Positions 20,977 through 32,392 of a stretch of DNA of 64,000 nucleotides are shown piece by piece. Made by a program: the position numbers and the translations under genes. Below the pieces are notes generated by a model. That model had not been told where the DNA came from and searched no databases. It saw only the letters and a program-made list of their open reading frames with translations. Position 1 is the first letter of the stretch. Each line of letters opens with the position of its first letter. The DNA is from an uncultured Polaribacter sp. (GTDB taxonomy: Bacteria; Bacteroidota; Bacteroidia; Flavobacteriales; Flavobacteriaceae): the NCBI GenBank assembly GCA_937771065.1, contig CALJHU010000029.1, positions 3,529-67,528 of the forward strand, written 5' to 3'.

Positions 20977-21726
20977 TTATTCTAATTTGGAATTCAACAA
21001 CCACAACTTAATATATCTTGTTAAAACACCATAAGCTTGTGTTTTAGCAACTAAGAAACCTGTAAACCCATCTAAAAACCCAAGGCGAATTATATAATGG
21101 ATAAAAAACCTTGCAGCTGGCTTTATCATTACATGATAAATATTTACTTTATTTCCTTTCTCATGTAGTTCTTTTGCTCTAATAGCTGCATAATGATTCA
21201 ATTTAGAAATATAGTGGTCATAATTTCTATAAGAGAAATGATCAATTTTATTTTTAAAAAAACCAATTTTTCCATTGGATATTATTTTTTCATGAACAAG
21301 ACCAGAATATTTACAATGTTCTTTTAAAAATAAACGGATTACCTTATCTCTCTGGAAACCGGAGTAATTTACTTTTTTTCCGGAAAAATAAAAAGTCCTT
21401 CGCAAATAAAAACCTACAAAACCTTTAGGATCTTTTACCGCAGAAACTATTTCCCCTTTAACCTCTTTCGTAACCCTTTCATCTGCATCTAAAATATAAA
21501 TCCAATTATGACTAGCTTGTTTTATAGCAAAGTTTTTTTGAGAAGAAAAATCATCAAACTTTCGTTTGATGATTTTTACATTTAACTTCTCAGCTATTTC
21601 TAATGTTTTATCTTCACTAAAAGAATCTATGATAATAATTTCATCAGCAAAACTTACTGATTTTATAGCTTCAGCTATATGAATTTCTTCATTTAATGTA
21701 GGAATTATTGCTGATATTTTTGTCAT
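20977..21726 (-). CDS. GT2 glycosyltransferase (LgtF/KdtX/WaaE-like)
   Basis: SAIIPTLNEE, IDSFSED, FSSQKNFA, ILDADER, VHE, GFLDG. Confidence 0.9.
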   Translation of the reverse strand: MTKISAIIPTLNEEIHIAEAIKSVSFADEIIIIDSFSEDKTLEIAEKLNVKIIKRKFDDFSSQKNFAIKQASHNWIYILDADERVTKEVKGEIVSAVKDPKGFVGFYLRRTFYFSGKKVNYSGFQRDKVIRLFLKEHCKYSGLVHEKIISNGKIGFFKNKIDHFSYRNYDHYISKLNHYAAIRAKELHEKGNKVNIYHVMIKPAARFFIHYIIRLGFLDGFTGFLVAKTQAYGVLTRYIKLWLLNSKLE

Positions 21727-21740
21727 AAACTTTATAAGTC

Positions 21741-22556
21741 TTAAACTGCTACGTCGTATTCACGCAAAGCATCGTTTAAGGATGTTTTCTTGTTGGTACT
21801 TTCTTTTCTTTTTCCGATAATCAACGCACAGGGTACATTGTATTCTCCAGCCGCAAACTTCTTTGTATAACTTCCAGGAATTACAACAGAACGTGCAGGA
21901 ACTCTACCTTTCATTTCTATAGGTTCATCTCCGGTTACATCTATTATTTTAGTACTCATCGTCAATACAACATTTGCACCTAAAACAGCCTCTTTTTCGA
22001 TTCTAACACCTTCTACGACAATGCACCTAGATCCAATAAAAGCTCCATCCTCTATAATTACAGGTGCTGCTTGTAAAGGCTCTAAAACACCTCCAACTCC
22101 TACACCTCCAGAAAGATGTACATTTTTTCCAATCTGAGCACAAGAACCAACTGTAGCCCAAGTATCAACCATAGTTCCTTCGTCTACATATGCTCCTATA
22201 TTTACATAACTTGGCATTAGGATAGTTCCTGGCGCAATATAAGCTCCATGCCTTGCAACTGCATTTGGTACTACTCTAATTCCTCTTTCTGCAAAATTTC
22301 TTTTTAATGGAATTTTATCATGATATTCAAAAATTCCAGCTTCTAAGGTTTCCATTTTTTGAATTGGAAAATAAAGCACTACTGCTTTTTTAACCCACTC
22401 ATTAACTTGCCATCCGTCCGAAACAGGCTCAGCAACTCTTAAAGTTCCTTTATCTAATAAATCAACTACTTTTCTAATGGTATCAATCGTGTTTTGCTCT
22501 TTTAATAATTCACGATTTTCCCAAGCTGACTCTATAATTTTTCTAATTTCCTCCAT
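21741..22556 (-). CDS. dapD: Tetrahydrodipicolinate N-succinyltransferase
   Basis: WQVNEWVKKAVVLYF, MVDTWATVGSCAQIG, GGVLEPLQA. Confidence 0.96.
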   Translation of the reverse strand: MEEIRKIIESAWENRELLKEQNTIDTIRKVVDLLDKGTLRVAEPVSDGWQVNEWVKKAVVLYFPIQKMETLEAGIFEYHDKIPLKRNFAERGIRVVPNAVARHGAYIAPGTILMPSYVNIGAYVDEGTMVDTWATVGSCAQIGKNVHLSGGVGVGGVLEPLQAAPVIIEDGAFIGSRCIVVEGVRIEKEAVLGANVVLTMSTKIIDVTGDEPIEMKGRVPARSVVIPGSYTKKFAAGEYNVPCALIIGKRKESTNKKTSLNDALREYDVAV

Positions 22557-22764
22557 TTTAATTGTATAATTTCTGTAAATATAAATTTATCTATAAAAAC
22601 TGAAGCGAATATACATTTTTTAAACATATTAGGTATCCTTGTTTAAATTCTAAAGGTGTTATTTCTAACTCAAAATAAACACTATTCTATAACTAATTGA
22701 TAATATTTAAGTTATTTCCTCAATATTAATAATTAACAGTTATTTTTGTAAAAAACAATACAAT

Positions 22765-23178
22765 TTGGCACGAGTTTTAGCGATTGACTTTGGAAAAATA
22801 AGAACTGGAATAGCGGTTACAGATGAATTAAAAATAATTGCTTCTGGCTTAACAACGGTAAATACGTCTGACTTATTGTCTTTCTTAAAGGAATATACAT
22901 CTAAAGAAAAAGTAGAATTATTTTTAATGGGATTGCCTAAACAGATGGATAATTCTGATAGTGAAAGTGAAGCCCTTATTCTTCCTTTTCTTAAAAAAAT
23001 AGAAAAATTATTTCCTCAAATTCCAATGAAAAGAATAGATGAACGTTTCACATCTAAAATGGCTTTTCAAACAATGATTGACAGCGGAATGAAGAAAAAA
23101 CAACGAAGAAACAAGGCTATAGTTGATGAAATTAGCGCTACTATTATACTACAATCGTACTTATACAGCCAGCATTAA
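22765..23178 (+). CDS. ruvX: YqgF/RuvX pre-16S rRNA nuclease
   Basis: LAIDFGKIRTGIAVTD, DERFTS, VDEISATIILQSYL; TTG start. Confidence 0.92.
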   Translation: MARVLAIDFGKIRTGIAVTDELKIIASGLTTVNTSDLLSFLKEYTSKEKVELFLMGLPKQMDNSDSESEALILPFLKKIEKLFPQIPMKRIDERFTSKMAFQTMIDSGMKKKQRRNKAIVDEISATIILQSYLYSQH

Positions 23179-23197
23179 AACATTCACTTAGTTTTTG

Positions 23198-23227
23198 AAA
23201 ATTCGTAATTCAAAAATTCGTAATTCA
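23198..23227 (+). repeat. Perfect 15-bp tandem duplication (aaaattcgtaattca)x2
   Basis: Read directly; lies upstream of TATTTTTG (23241-23248) before def. Confidence 0.8.
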
Positions 23228-23271
23228 CTATACTAAATCGTATTTTTGCAGACCTTTTTAAATAAAAATAA

Positions 23272-23862
23272 ATGATTTTACCAATTGTTGCCTACGGAGA
23301 TCCTGTTTTAAGAAAAGTTGCTGATGCTATAGATGCAGCATATCCTGATTTAGAAAAATTGATCACCAATATGAAAGAAACGATGTACAATGCTTCTGGT
23401 GTTGGTCTAGCTGCTCCTCAAATTGGCAAAGCAATCCGTTTATTTTTAATTGATGCTTCTCCTTTTGCAGAAGATGATAATTTATCTGAAGAAGAAAGAA
23501 CTGTATTAAAATCTTTTAATAGAGTTTTCATAAACCCAAAAATTTTAGAAGAAGAAGGTGAAGAGTGGTTGTTTAACGAAGGTTGTTTAAGTATTCCTGA
23601 AGTGCGAGAAGATGTTTCTCGTCAACCAAAAATAACTATTGAATACCAAGATGAACACTTCACGATACATACAGAAACTTTAGAAGGATTAGCTGCAAGA
23701 GTTTTTCAACATGAGTATGATCACATTGAAGGCATCTTGTTCACAGACAAGCTCTCTACTTTAAAGAAAAGAATCATTAAAAAGAAATTAGAGAACATTT
23801 CAAAAGGAAAAATTAGCGCAGATTACAGAATGCGTTTTCCAAATGCAAAAAAAGGTAAATAG
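23272..23862 (+). CDS. def: Peptide deformylase
   Basis: GVGLAAPQIG, EGCLS, QHEYDH. Confidence 0.97.
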   Translation: MILPIVAYGDPVLRKVADAIDAAYPDLEKLITNMKETMYNASGVGLAAPQIGKAIRLFLIDASPFAEDDNLSEEERTVLKSFNRVFINPKILEEEGEEWLFNEGCLSIPEVREDVSRQPKITIEYQDEHFTIHTETLEGLAARVFQHEYDHIEGILFTDKLSTLKKRIIKKKLENISKGKISADYRMRFPNAKKGK

Positions 23863-23889
23863 TCTTAAAGGACACAAAATATAAAAGAT

Positions 23890-24309
23890 ATGGAATTTAA
23901 TAAAATTATAGCAGTTAGCGGTAAACCAGGATTATTTAAAGTAATCTCTCAATCTAAAAGCGCAATAATTGTTGCTGGTTTGGGAGATGATAAACGGGCT
24001 GCAATTAGCGCAACACAGAATGTTAGCTTATTAGAAAATATTGCTATTTATACCTATGAAGAGGATGTACCTTTATTGAAAGTTCTAAAAACAATGTATG
24101 AAAAAACGGAGGGTAAAGAAGCTATTTCTCATAAAGAAAGTGGTAAGAAATTAGAAGCATTTTTTGCAGACGTTTTACCAGATTATGATGCTGAAAGAGT
24201 ATATACTTCGAACATAAAGAAAGTAATTCAATGGTTTAATTTATTGGTGAATTCTGGAATGGATTTTTCTAAAATTGAAGCTACTAAAGAAGAGACCGAA
24301 AAAGAGTAA
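23890..24309 (+). CDS. Conserved Bacteroidota protein (DUF5606-like)
   Basis: IIAVSGKPGLFK, SLLENIAIYT, LPDYDAERVYTSNIKK. Confidence 0.75.
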   Translation: MEFNKIIAVSGKPGLFKVISQSKSAIIVAGLGDDKRAAISATQNVSLLENIAIYTYEEDVPLLKVLKTMYEKTEGKEAISHKESGKKLEAFFADVLPDYDAERVYTSNIKKVIQWFNLLVNSGMDFSKIEATKEETEKE

Positions 24310-24385
24310 ATAGTGTTTTATTTTTGCTTGTTACTATTTAAAGTAAAAACGAAAGCTAAAATAAATTAAAAGTTTGCAACTCAAA

Positions 24386-25165
24386 ATGAATTCTAGAAAA
24401 GAACAATTAGCTGCTTTTAGTCGTTTGTTAGATATCATGGATGAACTTCGTGAGAAATGCCCTTGGGATAAAAAACAAACCTTAGAAAGTCTGCGCCATC
24501 TTACTATTGAAGAAACCTATGAGCTTGCAGATGCCATTTTAGACAATGATTTACCTGAAATAAAAAAAGAGTTAGGAGATGTCCTTTTACACATCGTCTT
24601 TTATGCTAAAATTGGTAGCGAAAAAAAAGCTTTTGATATTGGCGATGTTGCGAACTCAATTTCTGACAAACTCATCAGCAGACATCCTCATATTTATGGT
24701 GATGTAAAAGTTGATAATATAGAAGATGTAAAACGAAATTGGGAACAATTAAAATTAAAAGAAGGCAAAGAGTCTGTTTTAGAAGGCGTTCCTAAAAGTT
24801 TACCCGCAGTAATAAAAGCGAGCAGAATTCAAGAAAAAGTTGCAGGTGTTGGCTTCGATTGGGAAGAACCAGCACAAGTTTGGGAGAAAGTACAGGAAGA
24901 ACTTACAGAGCTTAATGAAGAAATTAAAGCCGGGAATAAAGAAAATACCGAGAAAGAATTTGGAGATGTTTTATTCTCTATGATAAATTACGCTCGTTTT
25001 ATAGACGTAAATCCTGAAAATGCATTAGAAAAAACAAACAAGAAATTTATAAATAGATTTCAGTTTCTAGAAAAAGCCGCAAAAGAAGAGGGCAAAGAAC
25101 TTTCGAATATGTCTTTAACAGAGATGGATGTCTATTGGGAAAAATCTAAGAAATATTTTAAATAA
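24386..25165 (+). CDS. mazG: Nucleoside triphosphate pyrophosphohydrolase
   Basis: CPWDKKQT, EETYE, ELGDVLL, RHPHIYG, second EFGD repeat. Confidence 0.95.
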   Translation: MNSRKEQLAAFSRLLDIMDELREKCPWDKKQTLESLRHLTIEETYELADAILDNDLPEIKKELGDVLLHIVFYAKIGSEKKAFDIGDVANSISDKLISRHPHIYGDVKVDNIEDVKRNWEQLKLKEGKESVLEGVPKSLPAVIKASRIQEKVAGVGFDWEEPAQVWEKVQEELTELNEEIKAGNKENTEKEFGDVLFSMINYARFIDVNPENALEKTNKKFINRFQFLEKAAKEEGKELSNMSLTEMDVYWEKSKKYFK

Positions 25166-25208
25166 TAATCATTTAGTTTCTTATTTATCGATTTAAAATA
25201 ATTTTAAT

Positions 25209-25251
25209 AAAAAAACATCCAATTCATAGTATGAGTTGGATGTTTTTTTTT
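25209..25251. terminator. Bidirectional terminator between mazG and carB
   Basis: aaaacatccaattcat / atgagttggatgtttt hairpin with A and T tails. Confidence 0.8.
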
Positions 25252-25265
25252 CAATAAAATGAATT

Positions 25266-28121
25266 TTACTTACTCAAATACATTTTTCTTCTTGCATATA
25301 AATTATAAAATTCATCGTCTTTCAAACTGTCTATAAATAAGATACTTTCTCCCGTCGATTTCATTTCGGGCCCTAATTTCTTATCCACATTCGGAAACTT
25401 ATTAAAAGAGAATACCGGTTGTTTAATTGCATACCCTTCTAATTGAGGATTAAAATTAAAGTCTGTTACTTTGTTATGGCCAAGCATTACTTTTGTTGCA
25501 TAGTTTACATACGGTTCTTTGTAAGCTTTTGCTATAAAAGGAACCGTTCTAGACGCTCTTGGGTTTGCCTCTATAATATAAACAAGTTCATTTTTAACTG
25601 CAAACTGAACATTAATTAAACCAACAGTTTTTAACTCTCTTGCAATGGTGTGTGTATGATCTTTTATTTGCTGCATAACCAAATCACCTAAATTAAAAAC
25701 CGGTAACATAGCATTAGAATCTCCAGAATGAATTCCACAAGGCTCTATATGTTCCATAATACCGATGATGTACACATTACCATCTGCATCACAAATTGCA
25801 TCTGCCTCTGCCTCTATTGCACCATCTAAATAATGATCTAATAATAATTTATTACCTGGCATTCTACCTAATAAATCTATAACATGCTCAACTAGTTCTT
25901 CTTTGTTAATTACAATTTTCATTCCTTGTCCTCCTAAAACATAAGAGGGTCTTACTAAGATTGGAAAATCTAATTCATCTGCTAAAACCAAAGCTTCTTC
26001 TGCAGTCTCTGCTATTCCGAATTCTGGATATGGAATATTATTATCTTTCAACAAAGTAGAAAAACTACCTCTATCTTCTGCTAAATCTAAAGCTTCGAAA
26101 GAAGTTCCTATAATTTTAATTCCGTATTTAGTTAATTTCTCTGCTAATTTTAGAGCTGTTTGACCACCTAATTGTACAATAACACCTTCTGGCTTTTCAT
26201 GACGAATAATATCATAAATATGTTCCCAAAAAACAGGCTCAAAGTATAATTTATCTGCTGTATCAAAATCCGTAGAAACAGTTTCAGGATTACAATTAAT
26301 CATAATTGTTTCGTAACCACATTCTGCTGCTGCTAAAACACCGTGCACACAACAATAGTCAAATTCAATTCCTTGCCCAATTCTATTTGGACCCGATCCT
26401 AAAACAATAATTTTTTTCTTTGGTGTAACAATACTCTCGTTGGCAATGATAATTTCACCATCTGCCGTTTCTATTTCGTTTTCAAAAGTTGAATAGTAAT
26501 AAGGTGTCTTTGCTTGGAACTCTGCAGCACAAGTATCTACTAATTTGAAAACACGCTGCACTTTTAGCTCTTCTCTCTTTGTATACACCGCACTCTCTAA
26601 ACAACCTAGCATATGGGCTATTTGTCTATCTCCATACCCTTTTTGCTTAGCCTCTAAAAGTAAATCTCTCTCAATAGTATCTATTTGATAGGTAGAGATT
26701 TCTTTTTGAAGTTGAAACAACTCTTCGTATTGCCTTAAATACCACATGTCTATTTTTGTGATATCATGAATTTTACTCAAAGGAATTCCAATCGAAATTG
26801 CGTCATATATGGCAAAAACACGATCCCAACTCGCATAGGTTAACTTCTCTATAATTTGGTTATAATCTGTGTATCCTTTTCCATCTGCACCTAAACCATT
26901 TCTCTTAATTTCTAAAGATTGTGTTGCTTTGTGCAATGCTTCTTGGAAACAACGGCCAATTCCCATTACCTCTCCAACAGATTTCATTTGCAATCCCAAA
27001 GTCCTATCTGAACCTTCAAATTTATCAAAATTCCAACGTGGTATTTTTACAATTACGTAATCTAATGTTGGCTCAAATAAAGCAGATGTAGATTTTGTAA
27101 TTCCGTTTTCTAATTCATCTAAAGTGTATCCAATAGCTAATTTTGTAGCTACTTTTGCAATAGGATATCCTGTTGCTTTCGAAGCTAATGCAGATGAACG
27201 TGAAACTCTTGGGTTAATTTCAATAGCAATAATATCTTCTTTGTCATCGGGTGAAACTGCAAATTGCACATTACAACCGCCTTCAAAATCTCCAATAGAA
27301 CGCATCATATGTATTGCCATATCACGCATTTTCTGATATGTTTTGTCAGAAAGCGTCATTGCCGGTGCCACTGTTATAGAATCTCCAGTATGAATTCCCA
27401 TAGGATCCATGTTTTCAATAGAACAGATAATTACAACATTATCATTCCTATCCCTCAATAATTCTAATTCGTATTCTTTCCAGCCCATCATCGCCTTATC
27501 AATCATCACCTCGTGTATTGGTGATGCTTCTAAACCGAAACTTAATAAATGGTCAAAATCTTCTGCTTTATATACAATAGAGGCTCCTGCACCACCTAAA
27601 GTGTATGAAGAACGAATTACTAATGGAAAACCAAATTCTTGTGCAATTTCTTTTCCTTTTAAGAAAGATGTAGCTGTTGCTTGAGGCGCCATTGGCACTC
27701 CAATCTTTATCATTAATTCTCTGAACTGCTCTCTATCTTCTGTAACATTAATGGCGTCTATATCTACACCTATTAGTTTTACATCAAAATCTTTCCAAAT
27801 TCCTTTATCATCTGCTTCGATACAAAGATTTAATGCAGTTTGACCGCCCATTGTTGGTAAAACGGCATCAATTTGTGGATGCTCTTTTAAAATCTGAATG
27901 ATCGATTTTGTAATTAAAGGCAATAAGTAGATATGATCGGCCATTGAAGGATCCGTCATAATTGTTGCGGGGTTAGAGTTAATTAGAATCGTTTCGATTC
28001 CATCTTCTCTTAAAGATCTTAAAGATTGTGAACCAGAATAATCAAATTCACAGGCTTGTCCAATAACAATTGGTCCAGATCCAATAATTAAAACTGAATT
28101 GAGGTCTTTTCTTTTTGGCAT
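25266..28121 (-). CDS. carB: Carbamoyl-phosphate synthase large subunit (short, 951 aa)
   Basis: GSGPIVIGQACEFDYSG, two ATP-grasp halves, GPEMKSTGE near the C-terminus. Confidence 0.96.
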   Translation of the reverse strand: MPKRKDLNSVLIIGSGPIVIGQACEFDYSGSQSLRSLREDGIETILINSNPATIMTDPSMADHIYLLPLITKSIIQILKEHPQIDAVLPTMGGQTALNLCIEADDKGIWKDFDVKLIGVDIDAINVTEDREQFRELMIKIGVPMAPQATATSFLKGKEIAQEFGFPLVIRSSYTLGGAGASIVYKAEDFDHLLSFGLEASPIHEVMIDKAMMGWKEYELELLRDRNDNVVIICSIENMDPMGIHTGDSITVAPAMTLSDKTYQKMRDMAIHMMRSIGDFEGGCNVQFAVSPDDKEDIIAIEINPRVSRSSALASKATGYPIAKVATKLAIGYTLDELENGITKSTSALFEPTLDYVIVKIPRWNFDKFEGSDRTLGLQMKSVGEVMGIGRCFQEALHKATQSLEIKRNGLGADGKGYTDYNQIIEKLTYASWDRVFAIYDAISIGIPLSKIHDITKIDMWYLRQYEELFQLQKEISTYQIDTIERDLLLEAKQKGYGDRQIAHMLGCLESAVYTKREELKVQRVFKLVDTCAAEFQAKTPYYYSTFENEIETADGEIIIANESIVTPKKKIIVLGSGPNRIGQGIEFDYCCVHGVLAAAECGYETIMINCNPETVSTDFDTADKLYFEPVFWEHIYDIIRHEKPEGVIVQLGGQTALKLAEKLTKYGIKIIGTSFEALDLAEDRGSFSTLLKDNNIPYPEFGIAETAEEALVLADELDFPILVRPSYVLGGQGMKIVINKEELVEHVIDLLGRMPGNKLLLDHYLDGAIEAEADAICDADGNVYIIGIMEHIEPCGIHSGDSNAMLPVFNLGDLVMQQIKDHTHTIARELKTVGLINVQFAVKNELVYIIEANPRASRTVPFIAKAYKEPYVNYATKVMLGHNKVTDFNFNPQLEGYAIKQPVFSFNKFPNVDKKLGPEMKSTGESILFIDSLKDDEFYNLYARRKMYLSK

Positions 28122-28182
28122 TGTTTTTAGTTGTAAGTTGTTGTGTTGTTATGTTTTACAAAAATAGTTGGTTGTTGGGTAT

Positions 28183-28215
28183 AAAAAAAGGTGTTACTAA
28201 AAATAGTAACACCTT
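28183..28215 (-). terminator. Intrinsic terminator after rpmH
   Basis: aaggtgttacta / tagtaacacctt stem followed by a U tract on the minus strand. Confidence 0.8.
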
Positions 28216-28242
28216 AATTATTAACAAATGTTAATCATTATA

Positions 28243-28404
28243 TTATCTTTTTGGTCTAAATTCTGAAGACACAGAAACTTTCTTTCTTCCTTTAGCTCTT
28301 CTTCTAGCTAACACTTTTCTTCCATTAGCTGACGCCATTCTTTCTCTGAAACCGTGTTTGTTTCTTCTCTTTCTTTTTGATGGCTGGTAAGTTCTTTTCG
28401 GCAT
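28243..28404 (-). CDS. rpmH: 50S ribosomal protein bL34 (53 aa; not in ORF track)
   Basis: [53 protein letters not shown]. Confidence 0.97.
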   Translation of the reverse strand: MPKRTYQPSKRKRRNKHGFRERMASANGRKVLARRRAKGRKKVSVSSEFRPKR

Positions 28405-28540
28405 TATATGTATTTTTAAATATCTTCTTGATTACTTTTTTTTGCTTTCAGAAATTTACCTCTTTTAAAGCGTGGGCAAATATACAACTGTTTTTATTTT
28501 TGACAAACACTATTTGAAAAAATATTAAAATATTTTTTGA

Positions 28541-30247
<1,707 letters not shown>

Positions 30248-30411
30248 TTACTAAATCAAGTTTATCTAAAAGGGTACACTATTTGAATTATATAATGTAT
30301 CAACAATAATCACAGCAAAATCGATTTAAAACACTACAATTTCGCTACATTTGTCGCTTTTTACTTTCAATGATTAGTAAAAAATGACAAATTGACATTT
30401 TAAAAAAACAC

Positions 30412-32286
30412 ATGGAACAGAAAAAATTCGACGTAAATTCTTTTATTGGAATGATTTTATTAGGGGGTATAATTTTTTGGTGGATGAGCACACAAGAGCC
30501 AGCCATAGATACTATTAATGATACTACTGATACTGAAATAGTAGCATCTCCAGAATCAAATAACAAAACAAATGATGCCTTTGTAAATACAACTATTGTT
30601 GAAAATGATTCTATAAAAAACCTGAACTTAAAAAACCAATTAGGTGCCTTTGCTGAAAGTGCAATAAACGCTTCTGAGGGTTTTTCTATCTTGGAAAATG
30701 AGGTTGTAAAATTAACGATAAACAATAAAGGTGGTCAAATTAAGGAAGCTTTAGTTAAAAACTTTAAGACCTATGATTCACTTCCTTTATATTTGATAAA
30801 AGATAAAAATGCCTCTTTTAATATTAATTTTGGCACCACAGACAATAGAATTTTAAATACTAAAGATTTATTCTTCGCCCCAACAATAACAACAAACGGC
30901 GACATCCAAATTGTTTCTATGAAGTTAAAAGTATCTGAGACTCAATTTTTAGAGTACAGATATGAAATGAAGCCAAAAGAATACATGGTAAACTTCTCAA
31001 TACGCTCTCAAGGCTTAAGTAATGTAATTAACAGGGCTAACCCCATTAGTTTAGACTGGTCTTTAAAAGCTTACAGAAACGAGAAGAGTATGGAGACAGA
31101 GAATACGATGTACACCAACTTCTACTACAAAGCAGAAGATGAAGTAGATTATATAAGTGCTGGTAAATCTGAAATTTTAAACGACTTAGACTGGGTTGCT
31201 TATAAACAACACTTTTTTGCAACAAACTTATTATCAGATACACCGTTTAACAACGCAACCATAACATCTACCGATTTAGTTTTAAATAAAGAAATTGATA
31301 CTGTTTTCACGAAGAAATTTGAATTAAAAACGCCTTTAGAGTTATCTAACGGAGAGTTAAACTACAATATGAAATGGTTTTACGGACCTAATGATTATAA
31401 CTTATTAACTACTTATGAAGGAACAGATTTAGCTGATTCTGCAGATTTAGGTTGGGGGATTTTTGGTCTTTTAAATAGAACTGTTTTCTATCCAGTTTTT
31501 AATTTCTTGCAAGGATTCTTATCAAACTTTGGATTGATCATCATCTTAATGACCATTGTAGTGCGTTTAATTATGTCTCCTTTAGTATATAAGTCTTATT
31601 TATCTAGTGCAAAAATGAAGGTAATTAGACCTGAATTAACTGCATTAAACGAAAAATATCCTGGTAAAGAAAATGCAATGAAACGCCAACAAGAAACCAT
31701 GGCAGTTCAGCGAAAAGCTGGAGTTAGCATGATGTCTGGATGTATACCTGCATTACTGCAAATGCCTGTATTTTTCGCTTTATTTAAGTTTTTTCCAACA
31801 AATTTAGCTTTAAGACAAGAAGGTTTTTTGTGGGCAAGTGATTTATCTTCTTATGATATGATTTATCAACTTCCATTTACAGTTCCATATTATGGAGACC
31901 ATGTAAGTTTATTTCCAATATTGGCATCGATTGCTATTTTCTTTTACATGAAAATGAACCAAAGTCAGCAAGCAAACATGCAAGCGCCTGCGCAAGAAGG
32001 AATGCCAGATATGAGTAAAATGATGAAGTACATGATTTACTTCTCTCCTATTATGATGTTATTTTTCTTTAACAATTACGCAAGTAGTTTAAGTTTGTAT
32101 TATTTTGTTTCTAACTTGCTAACTATTGCAATTATGTTAGTTATTAAAAACTATGTAATAGATGAAGATAAAATTCATGCTCAGATAGAAGAAAATAAAA
32201 AGAAACCAGAAAAGAAGAAAAGTCAGTTTAGACAAAAAATAGACAACGCAATGAAGCAAGCGCAAGAGCAACAAAAAAAGAAATAA
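30412..32286 (+). CDS. yidC: Membrane protein insertase
   Basis: N-terminal TM, large periplasmic domain, GCIPALLQMPVF, FLWASDLS, LSLYYFVSN. Confidence 0.95.
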   Translation: MEQKKFDVNSFIGMILLGGIIFWWMSTQEPAIDTINDTTDTEIVASPESNNKTNDAFVNTTIVENDSIKNLNLKNQLGAFAESAINASEGFSILENEVVKLTINNKGGQIKEALVKNFKTYDSLPLYLIKDKNASFNINFGTTDNRILNTKDLFFAPTITTNGDIQIVSMKLKVSETQFLEYRYEMKPKEYMVNFSIRSQGLSNVINRANPISLDWSLKAYRNEKSMETENTMYTNFYYKAEDEVDYISAGKSEILNDLDWVAYKQHFFATNLLSDTPFNNATITSTDLVLNKEIDTVFTKKFELKTPLELSNGELNYNMKWFYGPNDYNLLTTYEGTDLADSADLGWGIFGLLNRTVFYPVFNFLQGFLSNFGLIIILMTIVVRLIMSPLVYKSYLSSAKMKVIRPELTALNEKYPGKENAMKRQQETMAVQRKAGVSMMSGCIPALLQMPVFFALFKFFPTNLALRQEGFLWASDLSSYDMIYQLPFTVPYYGDHVSLFPILASIAIFFYMKMNQSQQANMQAPAQEGMPDMSKMMKYMIYFSPIMMLFFFNNYASSLSLYYFVSNLLTIAIMLVIKNYVIDEDKIHAQIEENKKKPEKKKSQFRQKIDNAMKQAQEQQKKK

Positions 32287-32299
32287 TAATTTTTATATA

Positions 32300-32336
32300 A
32301 AAAATCCGAAACTATTAAGTTTCGGCTTTTTTTTTA
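32300..32336. terminator. Terminator between yidC and the cysteine desulfurase
   Basis: ccgaaact / agtttcgg stem with a long T tail. Confidence 0.75.
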
Positions 32337-32392
32337 TTTTATATAAACTATTTAAAATTGTTACTATTTTTAAAAATTAAATAAAAACATCT

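Noticed and set aside
28122-28242. rpmH terminator as a pyrimidine attenuator for carB
   Set aside because: A separate TATTTTTG box (minus, 28159-28166) lies downstream of the terminator, so carB probably has its own promoter; no antiterminator seen
28405-28484. Possible nested hairpin in the rpmH leader (GCUUUU...GAAAGC)
   Set aside because: Weak and G-U rich; expected by chance in AT-rich DNA
30272-30287. Sigma54-like GG-N10-GA upstream of yidC
   Set aside because: Deviates from TGGCAC-N5-TTGC, and a normal TACATTTG box at 30346-30353 explains transcription
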